This document shows, piece by piece, positions 37,901 through 49,600 of a stretch of DNA of 64,000 nt. This stretch comes from Antedon mediterranea. Lineage: Eukaryota; Animalia; Echinodermata. The stretch's first letter is position 1. Each line of letters opens with the position of its first letter. The notes under the pieces are model-generated. The model saw nothing but the letters and a program-made list of their open reading frames with translations, was not told the DNA's origin and searched no databases. Position numbers and translations under genes: made by a program. The stretch spans positions 24,428,001 to 24,492,000 of the forward strand of contig NC_092674.1 of assembly GCF_964355755.1 (NCBI RefSeq), in the 5' to 3' direction.

Positions 37901-40730
37901 TGACTGGTGTAAATGGGAAAATCCAACCACCCCGGTGTGCTCTCCCCGGGGTAAAACGAAGCTGAATGTATTCCGGTGTACCTTCTCCGGTGTAGTCGAA
38001 TCTACACCAGAGACACAAGGTGTAAACGGTTTTTGTGGTTCAAAACCGAGCTGTTAAAGGTCATTGACGTGAAAATGTAATATTTTGTCACAGAAATACA
38101 ATATATTATGCAAACAAAATAGTTTTTTTGCTTAAAATATACACCCCTTTTTTGCTTAGAACAATAATTGTACGATATGTGCTGTTCGTTATTTTCTTTT
38201 AAAGGCACAAACACATTTGTGACTTTTCTTTTCTGCTGAAAATATTGAAATTGTTCGTGTGCATTTACCAGAAAGCCTAAAATAATTTGATATTGGTGTA
38301 ACTCTACCCTGGCCGATTCTATGTAGGCCTAATTATAGAAAAAGGGAAAATATATAATACTGACGTCTCAATGGATGAAAAATGATATCTTTTTTAGGAA
38401 CTGAAAAAGTACCATAATAATGTTCCTTCATTGATACATTGTTATGCTTATTAAGAAATACATTTTTTATTTTAAATACTTACCGTACCTACCCTATTTT
38501 TACGCCAACCTAACAATTTAAGGCCTATTTAATGTACGTACAGTCTACAAGGCGGAAATGCAGTCATTTTAAAAAGAAAAATAATTGTTAGGCCCTAATT
38601 TTTAAAATAATAAATGATAACCTTAATAGCCACAAAGAAAATATAACACTGGACTACATTCAAAATTAAATAAATTGTGTGTAAATTCGGATTATTATGT
38701 TTTTATATGAGATTTGTCGATATGTTCCAGTGTTTAAACGTTTTAAACCATAGTCAGTTAAGTTCCACGTGTGCGCTTGCAATACTGATTTGATTGACAG
38801 CACCGGGGTGATAGATGTAGTGTAAATGGGCGCAACTCGAGTTCATCTCGCAGTTTTTTTGGCTAGTGTAAATGGAAATTGCCTCCGAGTTCAACTCGTG
38901 TTCCTCTCTCAGTCGATAGTGTAAAAAGGGTATTATAGATAAGGTGATCGAGAGTATTGGTCAGCTGGAACAGTTCATTCTAGAGTTATGAAAGCTTTGG
39001 CATGAAAATGGCAGGACTATTTATATGTAGCTTTTTTCGTTTACAAACTAATATTGAGGTAGAATCAAATATCAGGAATGGTCAATTATTTCATTAGACA
39101 GCCAAACTTACCAACATCAATTCAGACTCCAAAGTATCAAGACGCTCTGGTTTCTTGCTAGCCTTCTTAAGTGCATTCACCTTTAAATATAATAGAAATA
39201 AATTAGTAGTAATGATGAGGGCAGAATATCTGTTCGTCAGTTACAGTAGTGTACAAAGTAGAACCTTAACTTCGGGAAACCTCTATCCAGGAGACATACA
39301 TCCTGTGAAACGAACAAGAGGCAAGTCACATGGCCAACCTTATTTAGGAGATGCTAGGTCCCAAAGATGTCCACCCGAAGATGTCTACCTGAAGATGTCC
39401 ACCCGAAGATGTCCAGAAAGAGGTTCTTAAAAACAATAAAGTAGCCTACTTGGGTAATCTCTTTCCTGTGAAATGATGACCAATATATTATGTTTCAACA
39501 TGCACTGCTCGCAACCCCTACTCAAGGAAAACCTTTATTAAGGCGACAATTTGCTGGGTTCTGAATGTGTCCCATTAATATAGGTTCTTTTGCATTATTA
39601 TGTTACCTTTAATTTTAATTTATACACTTCATTTGCTTTTGATTCCTTCTTTTTCATAAGCTCACACATTATTCTTTCTTCTTCTTTTATTCCTTTGAAC
39701 ACTTGCCGATAGTTTGCAAACTGGAAAAATAAATTTCAAAAATGTTATATTAAAAAAAAAAGCAAGAAAATTATGACAAAATTTGACATCAGCATAATGT
39801 AAATTACACTTTTTGAGCTCACAAGCCAACCATCTAAAATCTTGTGCTTTTCACAATTTTTTTTCTATGTTTAAAAAAATTTACAATTTGATTGATCCAG
39901 TCGCTCAGGATGTTTCTCCCTATTTTTTTTAATATATTTATGAGGGTGATCCATCCAGCAATTGCTGATTATTAGGGACCCCCATAGGTTCACAAGACAA
40001 ACATATACACAAGATGCTCTACATCAACAAAGTCTTATTACAAGTCTTTGGGAGTGGAGTTGTAATTTTGTCCTTAGAAAAAATCCTAACATGTGACAGG
40101 ATTTGAACCCAGGACTATTGAATTGGTAGCCCAGCATCATAACCACCAAGCCACAACTCCACTCCAAAGGCAGGAACATCTTCTTTAATATAACAATTGT
40201 ACACATACTTCACCATGTAATTCTTGTAACAATAACCACAGCGCATTATCCAAATCAAACCAATTAGTTAAAACGTCACTAAAAGTGAAATTAGTTTCCG
40301 CTTGACCCCATCGCATTACTGCTCTTGATGCTAAATAGAAAATATATTAAACAATTAATTTTAAATTATCAGAAATAAGTAGCAATACTTATAGTTAATT
40401 TTTAAATGCATTATTATAGGCAGACAATAGTTTGAACATTAATTTTACACAAAAACACAATAAAAAAAAGTATACAGTACATAATATGACATTTGATAGG
40501 CTTATTATGTTTAACATAAAGGAAGACTGCTAAAAAACAAACTTGTGAAAGTGCCATTACTTCCTTGTAGAAATAAATGAAGTCTTACATTCTATTATAG
40601 CTTTTTGAAATTTAGCAACAGATTCTATCAATGTTTTCTGTAGGAATAGGACTTCATCAAGAACTGGTGCATTGGTGAACTTAATCATTAACTTTTGAAA
40701 GTTTCTTCCGACTTTACTCGACGTCATCAT
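34944..40730 (-). CDS. Paralog D (most divergent): BAR-like domain plus acidic-Tyr and proline-rich tail, 10 exons, ~582 aa
   Basis: Exons: 40730-40589, 40330-40209, 39720-39607, 39180-39112, 37774-37706, 37366-37219, 36682-36431, 36174-35995, 35887-35330, 35038-34944. All GT-AG, 1749 nt, open. Exons 2, 3 and 5 have the same sizes (122, 114, 69 nt) and phases as in copies A-C. Confidence 0.82.
37811..38932. mobile_element. ~1.1-kb non-autonomous TIR element (Harbinger-like) in intron 4 of paralog D
   Basis: ATACCCTATTTACACTATC at the left and GATAGTGTAAAAAGGGTAT at the right, with repeated GTGTAAATGG subterminal motifs. Confidence 0.6.
40025..40166 (-). mobile_element. tRNA-derived SINE fragment
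   Basis: TGGCTTGGTGGTTA...GGGTTCAAATCCTG (A and B boxes) without a proper cloverleaf. A related head occurs at ~22949-23090 (+). Confidence 0.55.
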
Positions 40731-41099
40731 AGGATTTTCACTGTAAAGAATGTGTACTATATAAATACATAAAATATATTTAGCTGCTTCTAAAATTATA
40801 AACACAGTAAATATACGGAGTATTTGTTTAACGATAATAAAAAGGTCAAGCAAAAAAGAAAATTCGAAATTTGAAAAGTAAAAGTAATGTAGGCTATGCT
40901 ACACATGAGCTGAGGACGTAATTGGGTTCTCTGCGATATGGTCCTATACTGGGTGTACGATGGGTGCTCAAACTGAGCTACCTGTCACTCAACCAACATC
41001 CAGCTGACACTATGTCTTCGTACGCTGTTTTAGCCAAACAAACTATATATAAAGAAATACATTGTGTTTAGATATGATTAAATTATGTATAAATACAAA

Positions 41100-41580
41100 A
41101 CACTACCTGTTTTGGTTGTTGTTTTCTGAATATTTCTTCGATAAACTAAGAAAGTAGCGGCCTATCAAACGTACACTGCATCACAGACCTGCGAATGCAC
41201 TTCCGTGAACTTGCTTGTCGAAGCGTGGATAAGCTGGTACCGAAACAACAAGGGATCTCACAACAATACATAGATGACGTATTGTATTTTAGCCTTTTAT
41301 AGGTAAACAATGTCCCAACAATGAAGAAATTGTATTTCTTGTGTTTCGTTTAAATATAGAGATTCTATATTTACTCACTGTTTGCCAATAGCCGAGTTCT
41401 GTTTGTTGTTAGCATGATAAATACGTAAGCTAGCCGTGTTCAGCTTGTTACCCGTCATGTTTTGTTTTTGGAAGCGGCTATATCGAGCTGGATTCGGCTT
41501 CATTTTGAACTGAAATGTAAACACAGAGAGGCTAAGATTCAAAGACACCGCGTATATACTGTTGGGTATTAAAAAGGTAA
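41100..41580. promoter_or_regulatory. Putative bidirectional promoter with non-coding first exons of paralog D (-) and DIPK2A (+)
   Basis: CpG-containing, less AT-rich patch between two head-to-head genes. A - strand donor CAG|GTAG lies at ~41107 and a + strand donor AAG|GTAAAC at ~41576. Both start-codon exons begin with splice acceptors, so upstream UTR exons are expected. Confidence 0.45.
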
Positions 41581-41710
41581 ACGTTAATCATGTTTGAGAG
41601 GTACAAAATATACCTCCTGTTGTAGTTTTGTAAATTGTACACTTGGGCCTAGTTAATTAAATTATTAATAATTAATATAACAAAATATTTCTGAACGGGA
41701 TTATGTTAAT

Positions 41711-42087
41711 CCCTTCTCTTCCTCCCCTCTTCTCTTCCTCCCCTCTTCTCTTCCTCCCCTCCTCTCTTCCTCCCCTCCTCTCTTCCTCCCCTCCTCTCTT
41801 CCTCTCCTCCTCTCTTCCTCTCCTCCTCCCCTCCTCTCTTCCTCTCCTCCTCTCTTCCTCCCCTTCTCTCTTCCTCTCTTCCTCCCTTTCTCTCTTCCTC
41901 CCCTCCTCCCCTCCTCCCCTCCTCTCTTCCTCCCTTCCTCCCCTCCTCCCTTCCTCCCCTCCTCCCTTCCTCCCCTCCTCCCTTCCTCCCCTCCTCTCTT
42001 CCTCCCCTTCTCTCTGCCTCCCCTCTTCCCCTCCTCCCTTCCTTCCATCCTCTCTTCCTCCCCTTCTCTCTTCCTTCCCTCCTCTCT
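41711..42087. repeat. Polypyrimidine/polypurine low-complexity tract
   Basis: Almost exclusively C and T, with a degenerate (CCTCCTCTCTTCCTCC)n pattern. Confidence 0.9.
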
Positions 42088-43667
42088 CGTATCCGGATAT
42101 TCACCCCCTGGACATTTACCCCCCGGACAACTACCCCCCGGACAACCACCACCTGGACCACTACCCCCTTAGGACAACTACCCCTTTAGGACAACTAACC
42201 CCCGGACAAATACCCCCCGGACAACTACCCCCTTAGGACAACAACCCCCTTAGGACAACTACCCCCTGGACAACTACCCCCCGGACAATTACCCCCTAGG
42301 AACAATTACCCCCCGGACAATTACCCCCGGACAATTACCCCCCGGACAATTACCACCCAGAAAACTATCCCTTTAGAACACCCTAACCACCCAGACCATT
42401 CAACAACCTGACTCTGCAACTATTAATTAATAACTATATTTTAATTCGTTACTTTGACGAATTACTATTCATTATTGTAAACAAAAGTAAAAGATTGAAC
42501 ATAAATATAGCCTGGTGGTATAAACTGAAGATTGTCACACATGATCATAGGATAGTCGAACGTATTATATAGTACTCCCTGTATTTACTGTAAAAACTGG
42601 GTTCGCTAATAATAATAATAATTTTTGCGTCAGGACAATGCTTCGATAACCACTGGTCTTAAAAGAATTAATTTTTGTCTCAAATTTGTCATTTTGTATT
42701 TTTGTACACTTGAAGAATAATATCACTTTTGATATTTGACCTCAATGTTCACTCACCGAATAAACGGCGATCTTTAAATAAATTCCCCTCAAATAAACGG
42801 TGACCATGTAACTCCCATGACACATCATATGGAATAATCGGCGTCTATTTTCATTAGATTATACTCCCTCCCATTGAATAAACAACTTTCTTCCAATAAA
42901 TGTCCACCTAAAAACCACCTAAACAATAAACAGCCCAGGCCGTTTTTTTCAATAAATACGGTACTTTAAATCTAGCACATCTAGGGTCTAGCGTGCTGTT
43001 AAACAGAATAATCGGTTAAAAACGGGTGTTTCGAAACTAGAGACCCGAGACCAGAGACCAGAGACCCGAGACCCAATACGAAAAGGGAGACCTAAATATA
43101 CGAAAAGAGAGACCCCACTATACGAAAAGGGAGACTCCACTATACGAAAAGGGAGACCTAAATATACGAAAAGGGAGACCAAATATACGAAAAAGGAGAC
43201 CCAAATATATGAAATGGGAGACCCAAATATACGAAAAGGGAGACCCACTATAAGAAAAGGGAGACCACACTATACGAAAAGGGAGACCCTAATATACGAA
43301 AAGGGAGACCCAAATATAGGTCTCCCTTTTCGTATTGGGTCTCGTGTCAGGTCTCTGGTCTCGGGTCTCTTGTTTCGAAACACCCGTTAAAAACCGGGGG
43401 GTAGTTGACCGGGGGGTAGTTGACCGGGGGGTAGTTGACCGGGGGGTAGTTGACCGGGGGGTAGTTGTCCTAAGGGGGTGGTTGTCCTAAGGGGGTGGTT
43501 GTCCGGGGGGTTACTGTCCTAAAGGGGTAGTTGTCCTAAAGGGGTAGTTGTCCGGGGGGTAGTTGTCCGGGGGGTAGTTGTCCGGGGGGTAGTTGTCCTA
43601 AGGGGATAGTTGTCCGGGTGGTAAACATCCGGGGGGTAACTGTCTAGGGGGTAGGTGTCCTAGAACC
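42088..43667. mobile_element. Mutator-like foldback element with modular TIRs (GGACAACTACCCCCC repeats) and 9-bp TSD
   Basis: C-rich ~15-bp repeat array at 42095-42360 is mirrored by a G-rich array at 43395-43660. CTCCTCTCT is duplicated at 42079-42087 and 43668-43676. Confidence 0.8.
43024..43385. mobile_element. Nested 362-bp Mutator-like MITE with 9-bp TSD and internal 22-bp tandem array
   Basis: TIR GGGTGTTTCGAAAC...GTTTCGAAACACCC. GTTAAAAAC is duplicated at 43015-43023 and 43386-43394. Internal array (TATACGAAAAGGGAGACCCAAA)n. Confidence 0.88.
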
Positions 43668-43832
43668 CTCCTCTCTTCCTCCTCTTCCCTATATTTTTAG
43701 CTTATTTTGGTTTATTTATTTCATTTACATTTTAATGTTCTTTTTGCTATTTTGTTTATTTTATTATCCATACAGTATTACAGGTATTTTAAAAATAAGA
43801 TGCAAATAAATTAAAATCAAACTCGTTCTTTT

Positions 43833-44640
43833 ACTCCCTCTCTCCCCTACTCCTTCTGCCCCTCTCTCTTATCATCCTTCCTGCTCTCTCTACCCTCCCT
43901 CCCCTCCCTCTTTTCCCCTCTCTTCCCACCCTTCATTCTCTCTCTCTTTTCACCCTTCCTCACTTCTCTTTCTTCCCATACCTTCCTCCCTTCTCTCGTC
44001 CCACCCTTCATTCCCTCTCTCCCTCTCTTTTCCCACCTCTTTCTTCCATATCTCTTCTCACTCTTCCTGCCTTCTCTCCTGTCCCCCTTTCTCTTCCCAC
44101 CCTTCATTCCCTCTCTTTTCCCACTCCTTCCTTTCCTATCTTTTCTCACTTTTCCTCTCTCTTCCCACCTCTTTCTCCTTCCAAATCTTCATTTCCTCCC
44201 TCTTTCCACCTTCCTCCCTTCTCTCTTCCTATCCTTAACACTCTCTCTTCCTGCCCCTTCCTCCCTCTCTCTTCCCATCCCTTCCTCCCTCTTTCTTCAC
44301 ACACCTTCCTCCTTCTCTCTTCCCACCCTTCCTCACCTCTCTTTCTACCCTTCCTTCCCTATATTTTCCCATCCTTCCTCTCCTCTCTCTTCTCATCCTT
44401 CATTCCCTCTCTCTTCCCACCCCTTCATTCCTTGCCCTATCTCTTTCCAGCCTTTATTCCTATCTTCCCATCCTTCCTCTTCTCCATCTGTCCATGCCTT
44501 CCTCTTCTCTATCTTCCCATGCCTTCCTCTACTCTATCTTCCCATGCCTTCCTCTTCTCTATCTTCCCACTTCTTCCTTCATTCTTTTTCTCCTCATCCC
44601 TTCCTTCCCTTCCTCTTTTCCTACCCCTTCCTTCCCTTGG
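43833..44640. repeat. Polypyrimidine-rich low-complexity tract
   Basis: ~800 bp of C/T-dominated sequence with recurring CTCTCTTCCCACCCTTC units. Confidence 0.88.
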
Positions 44641-46606
44641 AAAGGAAAAGCCCAATTTGTTTATTAATTGTATATAATAATGCAGTTGAGCACTCCTATG
44701 ATCTGCTGTTATATTGTGAAAGATCTAATTAATAGATTCAAGGATGAAAACCTGTAAAAAATTAGTTATTATTTAGTACAAAATATTTTCCATGCATATA
44801 GAGATTCATGGAAATTTAATATCTAGAAAGTCAAAGAAAACATTATGCAAAATAAATGAAGAAAATTTGGTGTATTTTACCACCATACAGTACAATTATT
44901 TTGATCTGGTCACACCTTACAGATAGTGTATACCGATAAACTACTGTATGATAATTATCTGAACTTTTCATGTATTGAAATTGTTCAAAAGACATGGAAT
45001 TTTGCACCTTGATTGAGAATGTAACACTATTTGATTTCATTCATAAATACTTTATTGTATTGTTCTACAGTTTATGTACACAGACAAATTGATCGTAAAT
45101 ATACAGTACAACAACAGAGAAATTGTCAACATCCCTTGGGGCCTATTCGGTGCTGAAACACTATCAATTCTGTTCATTAATCGCTGCCCAATATTATAAT
45201 GCAATCTGATTGGAAGCCGAGGTTCTTTCAAATTAAGCTTGTCACACAACACAGTTAATGTATTCAGTTGTGTGTATGACAATCATGCATGCTAACTTAT
45301 TACAGTACATCGTGTGATTTTACGTTCTGTTTTATGCTTTCTGGGAATTTGCGTATCATCGTTATACTCAGGTATGAGCTGTGTTAAATGTTTTTATCGC
45401 ATGCTCTCAAGTGGTAATTTCTCTCACGTTGTAGTGTCTACGGTACAGTATTGTTTTGGAATATAATTGCTGTACTACAGGTATGATTTTGTTTACTGCA
45501 TATTTTGTGTTTATACCAGTGTACAATTGTTGTATTAACAAATATGGAAGAACTTCTATTTCAAAGATTCAATATTGTTTGCTATTTCAGATTTTAAATG
45601 TCTAGTGAACATTAATTGTATTTGTATCTGCCAACTGAGCCTGTTTCATTTTAAATATGAATACTTAGTGGTATTTCTGGTTCTGTCAATGCTTAGTTTT
45701 CTCATCAGTGTTTCTACTGACAGTTAGCCTAAAAAAATCCTCAAATCATATAGCTTAATTTTAAATTATATGTAGTAGAAAATGTTTTTCTAATGTTGAT
45801 AAGATATTTTAGTAAAAAAAATGCAGTATTTCTCAAAATATTTGTGACATTATTTGAGTACTTTGTACTGTACAATAATTGATGCTTTTCTATGAGCAGG
45901 CTGCAGTCAGCAAATGAATGGAATTAAACCTTGAATTTACCATTAGGATAATTAAAGCAAAAATTAATGAATTTTTAATTGGCCATTGTTTATAGGCTTG
46001 TATTTGTTCAGTAGGGAATAATAATTGTAATACTGTCAAGTATAGCAAATTATATTCTTGAAATTATGCATTGACAAATTTGAAATGTTAGCATCTTTGA
46101 CAACCCCTACAATATTTAGAGTTTTTTAAATATTTTTGCATCTAAAAAAGTAAACTTTAAAATATATTTTGTTAGAATGTAATATTGTACAATCACAAGT
46201 GACAGTTGGAATGATCTGTGGATGTACTGTAAGAACAAAGGTTAAATGTGATGATGATGATGATGATGATTTTTAATTTGTTGAATAATATACATTTTTT
46301 TATTCTTCTACAAAAAGTTGAGTTTGCACTAATTTGGCAATCAGACTAAAAAGTAAAGAACTGTAAATTGTAATTTTTCAGATATGTAAACCAGCAAACA
46401 TTAGCTATTGTTGATTTAATAATAACTAGAAAACTACTGTATGAACATTGTACAGTATGCCTAGAAACATAAAGTCAGTATAGTAGTCAGTATTAAAAAA
46501 TGTTAAAGATTTTTATGTTACAGTAGTTTGTACAGCATTTGTAATTTTATGATAAATATGTGATATTTTTATGAACTGTATTCTTTTCTATTTTGATAGT
46601 GATATA

Positions 46607-49600
46607 ATGAAAATCTGGACCCAAAGGTTAGACAGACCATTAAGTATACTCAAGAAAAGAAAATTATTAATTATTCTTACGCTATTTTTCTCTTCAATCG
46701 TCTACATAAAAATATATTTTGTGTTCTTAAAGAACGAATTAAAAGACTTTGACTTTCTCGAAGCACGTAAATGTCCGGCTTGTTACGGCACAAGCCTCTG
46801 TGGAAGTTTCCAGCGAGGTGAACTCGCTCTTGAATTATTTTACAAATTCCGAATGCTGGATGTTGTTAATGTTAAGAACGTGTTCTTTGGTCGCCACCAG
46901 GAGAAACCTGTCGTTTTTAAGAAACTCGGACATACGGACGAACTTAACCAATTAGATGCGAAGATATGTGAGCAAGGCAAAGATGCTACTGGTTGTGATG
47001 TGTCTCGCGTTATTTTCCAAAGTGACTTGATCAAAGCCATGGAAGATGGAAAACTGATGGTTGATGGTGTCAAGAGAATGTCAGATCTTGTTAGGTGTCC
47101 TTCGCAGCGTTTGCTTGATAGAATTTGGTCTCGGTACGATGAACGCTCGTGGATCGGTGGCGTAAAGCAACATCAACAACTCAATCTTGTAACAACATTA
47201 TTCTTTAACCCAGAACCTATTTTATTACAGGTAATAATATTTTTGAAATAAATTTCTGCATGACGATCATCACATTTATCAGATGAAAACAATATTCTAA
47301 TATTTAAAAAATAAAGTAATATATGATGATAAAATCTGTAAACTGTGCTACAGTATATGTTTTGATCTCTATCAGAGATCGTTATCAATCTTCTCAATAT
47401 CACTTACATTACATGAAGAAGAATTAGTGTTTTCCGAAAGGTCTGCATTTTGCTATTTTTTATTTGTACCTCCCTTGAGATTTAGCCACTGAACCAATTT
47501 TGCCTTTTGGTTTTATATCAATATATATGATTCATAGTTACATTGAAAGGTACCATTTCCAAATTTGTTCAAGATCTCTTCCAAAACCTTCTAAAGAGAA
47601 TCATTATTATCATTATTCAACCTGTTAGTGGCGGTTTCATCTCTGTTGGTTGACAACTGAATAAAATAAAATAAAATGAAATAAATTACTACCAAGTTCT
47701 GTATGTTGTCTATCTTGTTAATCTGTGGCAATGAAGTCATCTTTTAGGACTTCAACTTGCAATCTAATACTGTACATTAAAAGGCAATTAATGTTTTAAT
47801 AAAATGCACCTCTGAGACTGAACATGCAACCCATGTGTTAAAGACCATTTAAACGTAATTGCTTATTTAACACTTGACACATTTGGGTTTAAGTAAACTT
47901 AAATTTGAAATCCAAATAATTCTCGTTACATATCTCATCATTTATGTCTACAGTAGAGTCAAGTCAAGCTGAACACAAAATTGTATTATCATACAATATT
48001 ATTAATATCATAACCTATAAAAAAAAAAAAAAAATAGGTCAGAAATAAACTACTGTCAGAGTTTTCCTAAATAAAATTTAAATAAATTTGGGTTTTTTTT
48101 GGTTGTGGTGGTGGTTTTGGGATACTGTAACTTATTCTGATTAATTTATTAATTTCTAAAATATTTTATTAGAAATTTGCCTAAGAACATAAGATTTGAA
48201 ACCTGTTGATACAAAAAATATATACTAACTGTATGGTTGCATCTTTACAGTTAGTTTTGCATAGAAATTAAAAATTTTGTTGAAAATAATGTTTTTCTAT
48301 AAATATCCAATGCATTCTTGCTTATTTAAATTTACAGTTGTTGTTTGTTTGTTTGTTTGTTTGTTTGTTTCATTTATTTATTTTCCACACATTGAACAAA
48401 AGGAACCGATATGAACTATAAGAAAAGAAAAAAGAAGACAATGTGTTCGTAATGAATTTCTCTGTTATTTTATTATCGACCATTTTCGTGATGATATTTA
48501 GTTTTGACGTTATGAAATTTGTTTCCATTCAGCTAAAGTAAATTGAAATTATTATAGATTTCAAATTGAGAAAATAAACTTAAGTACGACTTTCACACTT
48601 AGTATAAATAAATATATAACAAACTGTAAACATAAACGCTTACAAACGGTTTATGGACTTGCACAATTTCAAATTCTATTGGCGTCGGATAGATGCAGTG
48701 TGTTCATTTGTGTTTTTACTGTTTTTTACATCGAGAAAGAGAAAAGAAAATTTGTTTTACTTTTATTTCCAGACGTTTCCAAAAAAAGATGGCTGGCCAT
48801 TTCCGGGATATGAGGGTGCCTGCGGACGCTTCATCGTTGAGGAAAATATCGGCCCATCATTGCGTTCGTTCTATAACCATCCGTGGGAAGACCGTGTGAA
48901 GATTGCATATCAGGTACGATTCTAAGCTTGGACCCAAAAAATAAGGTGAATACAAGCCTGTAGCTAGGGAGTTTGTAGGTATGAGTGAACCCCCCTTTCT
49001 GCCAAAGTGCCCATTTCAAACTGAAGACCAGCAAAGTGATACATGCTTAAAACTAGCCTAACATGTCGGTTTTTTCCCTTTGTATTGCAAAAAGTGCCTT
49101 TTAAAAGGGTTATTTTCTCTACAAAAGAACCCCCTTTAAAAGTCCTGGCTATCAAGCTAAGAATTGCGGTTTCTTGCCCGAAGACAGACTAATACTTGAA
49201 GTAATAATCGATATTTGGTTATTAAAAAAAAAAATCATGTTAATTATATTCTTAAATCCTACTCAAGTATAATCCCAGCGCCTCAAACTAAATTCAGACA
49301 AAAGACCACATTCTATACGGAGGCCCCCAGAGACTATCGACCATAGTACGGTATCATTAGATAATTTGAAACATTGTAAGCCATAAGTGATTGAACTTTG
49401 TGTCCTGGTCAATTTGTGGCAGCCATATTAGATGGAAACATACTGTACAGTATTAAGCTTGGTGTATTCTATTTGAGTTGGCAATGTACAGTAGTATAAA
49501 TTCCATAAAATCTTTCCTCTCTCAGTTCTTTTATCTTTAGATCCATACTAATATACAGTAATAATAATAATACCAATATTATTAATAATTAACAATAGAA

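Noticed and set aside
41701-42236. Long ORFs on both strands (GREEGR-rich and SSLPP-rich)
   Set aside because: Artefacts of a stop-poor polypyrimidine tract and transposon repeats.
43070-43320. 22-bp repeat array as a possible CRISPR, and ORF 42988-43248
   Set aside because: No spacers; it lies inside a TIR element with a 9-bp TSD.
43847-44732. R/E/G/K-rich and F/L/P/S-rich ORFs
   Set aside because: Low-complexity C/T tract with no splice or homology support.
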